Shown piece after piece: positions 25,637 to 32,000 of a stretch of DNA of 32,000 nucleotides. This DNA is from Promethearchaeum syntrophicum (GTDB lineage: Archaea; Asgardarchaeota; Lokiarchaeia; Sigyniarchaeales; Promethearchaeaceae). The number at the start of each line of letters is the position of its first letter. Position 1 is the stretch's first letter. The translations under genes were made by a program, and so were the position numbers. Location: the NCBI RefSeq assembly GCF_008000775.2, contig NZ_CP042905.2:1590001-1622000 (forward strand), in the 5' to 3' direction. The notes below the pieces were generated by a model. That model was not told the origin of the DNA, made no database searches, and saw only the letters and a list, made by a program, of their open reading frames with translations.

Positions 25637-27091
25637 TTGCAATTGAGCGAAAATAATTATCAAAAATTATTGCAGAAAGCAAACTTACTAGAAAGTCGTG
25701 ATTTATTAAAATGTTTACAAAATCTCCTTGAATGTGTTCAGTTATTAGAAGAAGATCCCGATATAATTAAAAATTCAAAAAGAGAGAAAGAAATTCTAAA
25801 ATTACGAATTTTACGATTAGGAAATAAACTCAATGTTGATTATTCTTTGGATTCAGATTCAAAAGAATCTGACGAAGTAGAAGCCGTTAAAGAATCTAAA
25901 GAAGCAGAAGAAGCTGAAGAAGCAGAAGAAGGCGAAGAATCTAAAGAAGCAGAAGGAGCTGAAAAAGCAGAAAAAGCAGAAGAAGTAGAAATAGCTAAAG
26001 AACCCGAAGAAGTAGAAACAGCTAAAGAACCTGAAGAAGTAGAAGTAGCGAAAGATTCTGAAGAAGTAGATGCAGCTAAAAAAGATGTAGAAACTGTAGA
26101 AAAATCTGAAATTGTTGATTTAATCTATTCCAAATTAAAAAAGAAAATATCTATATCCTATAACGAATATCTTTCATTTTATAAATATGTAAACAAATCT
26201 AATTCTGAAGAACCAGTACCAATTATTCGCGAAGAAGGTGAAATTGCATATTTTGTAGGAGACACACATGGTTCCTATGAAGAATCTCTGATTGTTATTA
26301 ATTATTTTGAAAAAATCCTCGAAAAATCTCCTGATGCGAAAATAATATTTGATGGTGACTACGTAGATCGAAACTTATATGATTTGGAAAACTTGACTTT
26401 AATTACTGCATTCTTTCTTCTCTACAAAAATAATGTAGTAATGCTTAGAGGTAATCATGAAGATCAAAAGATAAATAAATATTACGGATTTTACCGAAAT
26501 TTAAAAGATTTTTTCATCATTCAAGATCGGATTGATGAGATTTATGGATTGATTTTAAATTTCTTTATGAGCTTACCTGTTATTCATATTTTAACTTTGA
26601 AAACTAGCAATAATGAATTGAAAAAAATTTTTACTGTACATGGAGGGATTCCAATTGATGAAAAAAATCCTTCTAATCCGATAGCCTTAGATGATTTAGA
26701 ATCTAAAATACAGATTAAAGTTCCTTCTTATGAAGAGTTCGATGATTATATGAGTTGGCTTCTTTGGTCTGATCCAAAAGATAATGTTGCAGATTATGAA
26801 TTACGTCCAGAATCTGGTAGAAATTTCTTTGGAGAGTCAGCTTTTCAAAGATTTATGGATTTTAATAAATTAGACTTAATGGTTAGAGCTCATGAAATTT
26901 TAGAACAAGGTTATAAATTTTTCTTCAATCAAAGACTAATTAGTATATTTTCCACTTCCTTTTATAAAAATAAAAGAATAGGAAATGCAGCGATTATGCG
27001 AATGAAAGAAATTAATGGTTCTTTTGACACGCCCGAATTTTTACCTGTAAATGAAGCTGCTTTGAATCAAGATATTAAAGATAATTTTTAG
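25637..27091 (+). CDS. PPP-family Ser/Thr protein phosphatase with an acidic repeat N-terminal extension
   Basis: 484 aa. Catalytic motifs: GDTHG, GDYVDRN (GDxVDRG with G to N), LRGNHE, VHGG, LLWSDP, VRAHE and ISIFSTSFY. There is no in-frame ATG upstream of the catalytic core. Candidate TTG starts are at 25637, 25643 and 25670. Confidence 0.8.
   Translation: MQLSENNYQKLLQKANLLESRDLLKCLQNLLECVQLLEEDPDIIKNSKREKEILKLRILRLGNKLNVDYSLDSDSKESDEVEAVKESKEAEEAEEAEEGEESKEAEGAEKAEKAEEVEIAKEPEEVETAKEPEEVEVAKDSEEVDAAKKDVETVEKSEIVDLIYSKLKKKISISYNEYLSFYKYVNKSNSEEPVPIIREEGEIAYFVGDTHGSYEESLIVINYFEKILEKSPDAKIIFDGDYVDRNLYDLENLTLITAFFLLYKNNVVMLRGNHEDQKINKYYGFYRNLKDFFIIQDRIDEIYGLILNFFMSLPVIHILTLKTSNNELKKIFTVHGGIPIDEKNPSNPIALDDLESKIQIKVPSYEEFDDYMSWLLWSDPKDNVADYELRPESGRNFFGESAFQRFMDFNKLDLMVRAHEILEQGYKFFFNQRLISIFSTSFYKNKRIGNAAIMRMKEINGSFDTPEFLPVNEAALNQDIKDNF
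25850..26107 (+). repeat. In-frame acidic low-complexity / tandem repeat block inside the phosphatase gene
   Basis: GAAGCAGAAGAAGCT-type 9/18-nt units encode EAEEAEEAEEGEESKEAEGAEKAEKAEE. About three and a half units of ~30 nt then encode (K/E)EPEEVE.A (EEVEIAKEPEEVETAKEPEEVEVAKDSEEVDAAKKDVE). Confidence 0.8.
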
Positions 27092-27975
27092 AATTGGCGT
27101 TGACAGCCAGTGCAAGCTGCATTTGAAGAATCTATTACATGTCCACATTGATAGCAATATCTATAATTTGCAAAATCATTCCATGATTGACTTGGAAACC
27201 ATTTAAAATACGGATATGTTACTTTTGAAGATACTTCATCAGCTATAGGTTTTATTGAAGGTTGAGGAATTGGTTCTGGTAAGGAAATTACAACAGATTC
27301 TTCTAGTTCTTCTTTAAAGGATTCCATTTCTTCTTCAGGTAATGATAAATTCCCAATCATTATATCCCCTTCATTCATCATATCTTCTTGTGATGGTTCT
27401 GCTGGTGGGGCAGAAGGACTGGTACCCTTCAATGAATTTGATAATCCTTTGCTTAATTGGGATTGTTTTTTCTCTAAATTCTCTTGTCCCGCTTCTACTT
27501 CAAAAGCATCCTTAATTAGATTAATTTTTTTAAAAACACTTAGCTTTGCAATTTTTGAAACTGAAGGATTAAATGCAAATTGATAAATATTAATAAAGAA
27601 AAGCGCGTCTTCATAGATTGAATAGGATTTAATTGGTAATATGCTTAAAAATTGTTGGCCTTCTTCAAAGAATTCATCGAGCTTTGATTTAAAAGTGAGT
27701 AAATTTTCTCCCATAGGTTTTTTTTTAATAGCCTTACTGAATTCTAATAGCTTGGGTTGAACTTTTTGGGAAAATTTTAAAATAAGACCGTTTAATAAAC
27801 TCTTGTCATCCTTAGAAAGTGTTGGATCTTTGACCCCGTCTAAACAAATCCTCCTAACTTTCATCCATTTTAATAAAAATAAGTCTAAATCTGATACGGG
27901 TTTTGACACGGGCTGTAAATTTTCAATTTCTTCTAAGATTGTTAGTAATTGGATTTTTTGTTTTTTCCAAATCAT
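27088..27975 (-). CDS. Hypothetical protein: helical N-domain, acidic Pro/Ser linker with PSAP and 2x SLPE, C-terminal CX2CX10CX2C zinc ribbon
   Basis: 295 aa. PSAP is encoded at 27406..27417. The linker contains EDMMNEGDIMIGNLSLPEEE and VISLPEPIP. CYQCGHVIDSSNAACTGC is at 27103..27156. The stop codon overlaps the phosphatase stop by 4 nt. Confidence 0.6.
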   Translation of the reverse strand: MIWKKQKIQLLTILEEIENLQPVSKPVSDLDLFLLKWMKVRRICLDGVKDPTLSKDDKSLLNGLILKFSQKVQPKLLEFSKAIKKKPMGENLLTFKSKLDEFFEEGQQFLSILPIKSYSIYEDALFFINIYQFAFNPSVSKIAKLSVFKKINLIKDAFEVEAGQENLEKKQSQLSKGLSNSLKGTSPSAPPAEPSQEDMMNEGDIMIGNLSLPEEEMESFKEELEESVVISLPEPIPQPSIKPIADEVSSKVTYPYFKWFPSQSWNDFANYRYCYQCGHVIDSSNAACTGCQRQF

Positions 27976-28105
27976 TTTCTAAATATCAAAAGATAATATG
28001 TACTTAATATATTTATCATTGGTCCGATAGTTGGTCCAGCAAAGACTTAAAAGAAAATAATTTCTTCGCGTTATATAAGGAACTTTTGAAAGTTGGAATA
28101 TTACA

Positions 28106-29071
28106 ATGGCAATGAACATAGTACAATTTAATGAGAAATTCAAACAATATATGAATGATGTTCGTATAATAGAAAAAACTCATCCTCGCGAATCCATCGG
28201 GCTCTGGCTTCGAATTTGCCAATTTATTATTAATTTTGCCAAAAGTCCAAATTGTCCAATAAATTTAAGGAAGAAATTAATATTTCAAGCTGAAAATATT
28301 ATTCAAAAAGTGAGATCTTTTAGTGATGGAGAAATTTCTTCTGTATTTGACTCTAAAACTATACATAAACAATCTACAACTACTGAAAATGAACAGAAAT
28401 CAAATGTTCCCTTTGCAGTTGGCGGACTTCCCTCAGAATCAGAAAAAACTTCTGACGACGATATGCTAAATCAGTTAATGTCTTTACCTGAGACTCCTGA
28501 AGATATTATTGAAGAAATAACGACGACAGAATCTCCAGGCAGTTCTGCAGCAGCTCCACCATCTGAACATCCAAGTGCTCCTTCATCTCAAGACGCAGAC
28601 AGTAGTAATCAAGAAGATTTATCAAAACTTCAAAAACTTGAAGAAACTTTAAAGCAAATGCCTAAAAGCTTTAAAGAAATAAAGCCGCTGCCTTTTTCGA
28701 GTACTAGCATAATCCCCGAATTAAGACCTGATAATTCCCAATTAAATTTAAATGATTATAAAAAAGATACTCAGACGTTAGATATCACATCTTCTGTTCC
28801 TGAAGTTAGTGAAAATCCACCCGACCTAAGCCAACCCTCAAAAATTCCCTTTGAAAAAGGAAAAAATATTAATATAGCAAGGTATGATTCGGATCCCTTC
28901 AAAACCCCTAAACAACAAGAATCTAATGTTAAGGATCCTTTCGGACCAAAAGCTGCCACTGATAGTAGTGATTTAAAGTTATCAAAAAAAATTTGTTTTG
29001 CATGTGGTGCTAGCTTAGAAGAAGGAGTTTTTATCTGTGCTGAATGCGGTGCTGACAATAAGAATTTATAA
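28106..29071 (+). CDS. Hypothetical protein: MIT-like three-helix N-domain, acidic Pro/Ser linker with SLPE, PSAP and 2x DPF, C-terminal CX2CX10CX2C zinc ribbon
   Basis: 321 aa. N-terminal residues 1-72 (…RESIGLWLRICQFIINFAKSPNCPINLRKKLIFQAENIIQKVRSF) follow the heptad pattern of Vps4-type MIT domains. DDDMLNQLMSLPETPED is in the linker. PSAP is at 28571..28582, and DPF at 28892..28900 and 28934..28942. CFACGASLEEGVFICAEC is at 28994..29047. Confidence 0.6.
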   Translation: MAMNIVQFNEKFKQYMNDVRIIEKTHPRESIGLWLRICQFIINFAKSPNCPINLRKKLIFQAENIIQKVRSFSDGEISSVFDSKTIHKQSTTTENEQKSNVPFAVGGLPSESEKTSDDDMLNQLMSLPETPEDIIEEITTTESPGSSAAAPPSEHPSAPSSQDADSSNQEDLSKLQKLEETLKQMPKSFKEIKPLPFSSTSIIPELRPDNSQLNLNDYKKDTQTLDITSSVPEVSENPPDLSQPSKIPFEKGKNINIARYDSDPFKTPKQQESNVKDPFGPKAATDSSDLKLSKKICFACGASLEEGVFICAECGADNKNL

Positions 29072-29114
29072 AAATATCCATAATTTTATTATTTGATGAA
29101 AATTTCCAATAATC

Positions 29115-30074
29115 ATGGGTAATAACCAGAAAGTTCTCGTAACTGGAGGGGCTGGTTTTATTGGGAGTCATTTAGTTGACGCCTTAATTAACAATGGCCA
29201 TTTTGTTATTGTTCTTGATAACCTAATTGAAGGTCATTTGGAAAATATTCAAAATCATATTGATAGTGGAAAATGTCAATTCAAAAAAGAAGATATTCTA
29301 AATCTGGAATTTTTACTTGAGAAATTACCTAAAGTTGATGTTATTTATCATTTCGCAGCTGATCCGGATGTTCGATTAAGCGTTCCCAATCCATTAAATT
29401 CTTTTAAACAAAATGTACAAGGCACTTTGAATGTTTTGGAATATGCAAGGAAATATAAGATTAACAAATTCATTTTTGCATCATCAGGTGGAACTGTATA
29501 TGGTGATGTAAATTCATTTCCTATGACTGAAAAATTGGTTCTAAATCCAATTAGTCCGTATGGAGCATCCAAGGTTGCAGGGGAAATGTATCTTGCGGCC
29601 TATGCATCTTCTTACCATATTAAATCTGCTTCAGTAAGGTTTGCAAATATTTTTGGTGAAAGATCTCTGCATGGAGTTGGTTATGATTTTTTTAATCATT
29701 TGAATGAAAATCCAACAATACTAAAGATATTAGGCGATGGAACACAGAAGAAGTCATATTTACACGTTTCTGATGCGATCAATGGGGTTCTATTGGTTTC
29801 TGAGAACCTGAATAATCAAGAAAGCTGGTACGATTTCTTTAATCTTGGGTCAGAGGATTGGTTTACTGTTAATGAAATTGCAAATATTTATGAAAAAGAG
29901 CTAAATCTTTTCAATGTGAAGCATTCTTATTCTGGTGGCTCGAAAGGATGGGTTGGTGATGTAGCACAAATGATGCTTTCTATCGATAAAGTGAAAAAAA
30001 TAGGATTTTTACCGAAAGTATCATTTGTAGAAGGCGTCCATCGCTATTGCGAATGGTTAAAGAATAATGCATAA
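29115..30074 (+). CDS. NAD-dependent nucleotide-sugar epimerase/dehydratase (extended SDR, UDP-glucose 4-epimerase-like)
   Basis: 319 aa. VLVTGGAGFIGSHL is the Rossmann motif. SSGGTVYG and the catalytic YGASK are present, with a C-terminal substrate domain. Confidence 0.85.
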   Translation: MGNNQKVLVTGGAGFIGSHLVDALINNGHFVIVLDNLIEGHLENIQNHIDSGKCQFKKEDILNLEFLLEKLPKVDVIYHFAADPDVRLSVPNPLNSFKQNVQGTLNVLEYARKYKINKFIFASSGGTVYGDVNSFPMTEKLVLNPISPYGASKVAGEMYLAAYASSYHIKSASVRFANIFGERSLHGVGYDFFNHLNENPTILKILGDGTQKKSYLHVSDAINGVLLVSENLNNQESWYDFFNLGSEDWFTVNEIANIYEKELNLFNVKHSYSGGSKGWVGDVAQMMLSIDKVKKIGFLPKVSFVEGVHRYCEWLKNNA

Positions 30075-30089
30075 AAAAAACTATTTTAT

Positions 30090-30344
30090 TTATTCAGGAA
30101 TTCGATATTTCTTAGTTGCTTCATCATAAATATAGATTCCATTGTGAATACCTCTTTCTATTATTTTTAATGTCTTGCTTTTATATCTTGGAATCCCTTT
30201 GCTATTTAAATCCGAAGAACCGCATAATTCTTCCCCAAATCGCTCAAAAATTGCTGTATATATCTGTTCTATGTTTTTCCCAAACCCTAAAAATTCAAAT
30301 AAAAAACCCTCGATCAAATTTGACCTAAGTTTGCATTCACCCAT
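30090..30344 (-). CDS. Small hypothetical protein, possibly winged-helix (Mrr_N/HARE-HTH-like)
   Basis: 84 aa with an ATG start and protein-like composition. The tail ...YKSKTLKIIERGIHNGIYIYDEATKKYRI resembles the recognition helix plus wing of small wHTH domains. Two overlapping plus-strand ORFs look like low-complexity noise. Confidence 0.4.
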   Translation of the reverse strand: MGECKLRSNLIEGFLFEFLGFGKNIEQIYTAIFERFGEELCGSSDLNSKGIPRYKSKTLKIIERGIHNGIYIYDEATKKYRIPE

Positions 30345-30454
30345 CTCATTTAAAATTTGGATTTGGAAAATTTAAAACTTGAGTTTTTAATAGAAAATTA
30401 AAAAGTTCGTAAAAATAGAGAAAAAAATAATGAATTTATTAATTCTTATCTAAG

Positions 30455-31771
30455 TTAATTGAATATTTCAATTCCATCTTCGGTTACAATAAAGGTTTTT
30501 TCAAATTGACTGACATAAGCACCTTTTTGCTCTCTTAATTCATAATGCTTATGCAATTTGCCCGCAGTAGTTAGTTCTCGTAAAGCCATTTTTCCAGTGC
30601 GAAATTCTTTCAATAATTCACGTGTGGAAAACGGAAGAGTTTTCTTTATGTTTGCGATCCACCCAATTACTTGGCGAGTTATTTTCATACGGATTGGAAC
30701 ACGCTCAGAATTTAAATCATATTCATAGATATTGCAATTTGTTCCATTGTGAATATTTCCTAGCCCAGTAGATGCAAAACATTCTAACGCAAATACATCC
30801 CCTTCTTCGAAAACATCTCCGCTGGAAATTCCTACACTAGGGATGGATTTAAAGCCATGTACTTGCCATTTCTCTAAAGAATGTCCGCGTAAATCTTTGA
30901 TTGGATTATACCCAAAACCTCTGATTATTTTGGCAGTCGTCTTTCCCACTTCAATTGTTTTAACTCCGGGTTTAATTATAGATAATCCTTTCATAACTGC
31001 GGTTTCTACAGCAGTAACTAAATTTGCTGTGGCTGGATCTTGATTAAAGGAAACAGAAAATGCGCCATCTGCAACGTATCCCTCCACTGATACTCCAATA
31101 TCAACTTTTACCACATCTCCTTCTTTTATAACTGATTCATCATTTGGAGGGCTTGAGTAATGAGCTGCAATTTCATTGATACAAACATTCGTTGGGAATC
31201 CGATTTCCCCCCCAAGTTCTATAAGTTTACTTTCAGTTTGTTCACAAATATCAAGTAACTTTGCCCCGATCTTGACTTTTGGTTTAATAAATTTTATTAC
31301 CTGTTTATGGATTTCCCCCGCTTTTTTAAACGAATCATAACGCAATTTTTTTTCTTTTTCTTCTTCTTCTTTTTGGGTTTTTTCTTCTTCAGTTAATTCC
31401 TTTTCTGCCTTTTCTTCCTTCTCTTCTTTCTTTACTTTTTTAGTTTGATTTTTAGGTTTTTGAACCTGTTTTTTAGAAGAGGTTTTACTTACTCCTTTCT
31501 TAACTACAGCTTTTGAAGTTTTCGCTGTTGATGGCTTTTTAACTACGCTTTTTGTAGTTTTTTTAGTTGAAGTTTTTTTTGAAATTTTTTTTGTAGTTTT
31601 TTTGGAAGTTTTCTTCTTGACAGACTCTTTAATTACTTTTTTAGTTGAACTCTTTGCTGGTTTTTTAACATCTTTCTTAGAAAGCTTCTTTGTTGTCTTC
31701 TTAGTAGTCTTTTTTTTTGTAGACTTCTTTACTGCTTTACTCGATTTTTTAGGAGGAGTCATTATTTTCAT
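30455..31771 (-). CDS. map: Type-2 methionine aminopeptidase (MetAP2) with a ~140-aa Lys/Ser/Thr-rich then Glu/Lys-rich N-terminal extension
   Basis: Catalytic core: AGEIHKQV..., FPTNVCINEIAAHYSPPNDESVIKEGDVVKVDIGVSVEGYVADGAFSV, RGHSLEKWQVHGFKSIPS, ALECFASTG and SQFEKTFIVT (the pita-bread metal ligands D, D, H, E, E). The start is placed at the ATG at 31771 (alternative 31762). The ORF-track start at 31900 adds a hydrophobic 43-aa leader and would overlap the divergent gene that starts at 31890. Confidence 0.85.
   Translation of the reverse strand: MKIMTPPKKSSKAVKKSTKKKTTKKTTKKLSKKDVKKPAKSSTKKVIKESVKKKTSKKTTKKISKKTSTKKTTKSVVKKPSTAKTSKAVVKKGVSKTSSKKQVQKPKNQTKKVKKEEKEEKAEKELTEEEKTQKEEEEKEKKLRYDSFKKAGEIHKQVIKFIKPKVKIGAKLLDICEQTESKLIELGGEIGFPTNVCINEIAAHYSSPPNDESVIKEGDVVKVDIGVSVEGYVADGAFSVSFNQDPATANLVTAVETAVMKGLSIIKPGVKTIEVGKTTAKIIRGFGYNPIKDLRGHSLEKWQVHGFKSIPSVGISSGDVFEEGDVFALECFASTGLGNIHNGTNCNIYEYDLNSERVPIRMKITRQVIGWIANIKKTLPFSTRELLKEFRTGKMALRELTTAGKLHKHYELREQKGAYVSQFEKTFIVTEDGIEIFN
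31340..31759 (-). repeat. In-frame low-complexity block: KK(T/S)xKK repeats (31427..31759) followed by an E/K-rich segment (31340..31426)
   Basis: PPKKSSKAVKKSTKKKTTKKTTKKLSKKDVKKPAKSSTKK...KKVKKEEKEEKAEKELTEEEKTQKEEEEKEKK, encoded by A/T-rich imperfect repeats. Confidence 0.8.
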
Positions 31772-31874
31772 TATTTTTAAAGAACGATAAGATTTTAAAT
31801 TTCGCACAAAAGTAATAAACAAAATTAATAAACAGAACAATACAAAATATAAATTAATTATTAATTTTGGATAG

Positions 31875-32000
<126 letters not shown>

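Noticed and set aside
25850-26107. Tandem ~9/18/30-nt repeats that at first glance could be a mini-CRISPR or satellite
   Set aside because: The repeats are in frame within the phosphatase ORF and encode E/A/K/V repeats. There is no repeat-spacer organisation and no cas genes in the window. The same reasoning applies to the K-rich block at 31340..31759.
28016-28222. 68-aa minus-strand ORF spanning the divergent spacer and the 5' end of the 28106..29071 gene
   Set aside because: It overlaps the well-formed start of the MIT-like protein and the shared promoter region. It has no motif, and a hypothetical gene here would leave neither divergent gene with a promoter.

Overview
AT-rich, tightly packed, single-copy chromosomal DNA. 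I found no rRNA, CRISPR array, IS element or transposase. The gene content is archaeal: an eS30 ribosomal protein, an archaeal-type Sec61beta, a tRNA-Gln with an A1:U72 pair, and TATA-like promoters with leaderless or Shine-Dalgarno starts. It is also unusually rich in eukaryotic-signature proteins. These are a UBA2/UBA3-like ubiquitin E1, a Rab-like small GTPase, a ribophorin-I (OST1)-like protein head-to-head with Sec61beta, and a Trm112-like protein. There is also a Kelch propeller, a eukaryote-style PPP phosphatase, a type-2 methionine aminopeptidase with a poly-lysine N-terminal extension, and a probable Roadblock/LC7 gene at the right edge. An Asgard (Loki-like) archaeon is the most likely source; this is inference from motifs, with no database search. 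Other content: two tandem PEP/pyruvate-binding (ATP-grasp) proteins, one of them fused to receiver domains, and an orphan type-ISP-like N6-adenine methyltransferase. A small metabolic island carries a TPP enzyme, a YhhN membrane protein, an IlvD/Edd dehydratase, a Gfo/Idh/MocA oxidoreductase and a GPH transporter. Housekeeping enzymes include an O-methyltransferase, a HAD hydrolase, a MazG-like protein and an NAD-dependent epimerase. The best candidate for something undescribed is the divergent gene pair at 27088..29071. Both proteins have a helical (MIT-like) N-domain, an acidic Pro/Ser linker with exact PSAP and SLPE motifs, and a C-terminal CX2CX10CX2C zinc ribbon. Together with the E1 and a membrane protein carrying an NZF-like finger at 4225..6388, this suggests unrecognised ubiquitin/ESCRT adaptor components. 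All functional calls rest on motif reading by eye and need profile or structure searches to confirm.
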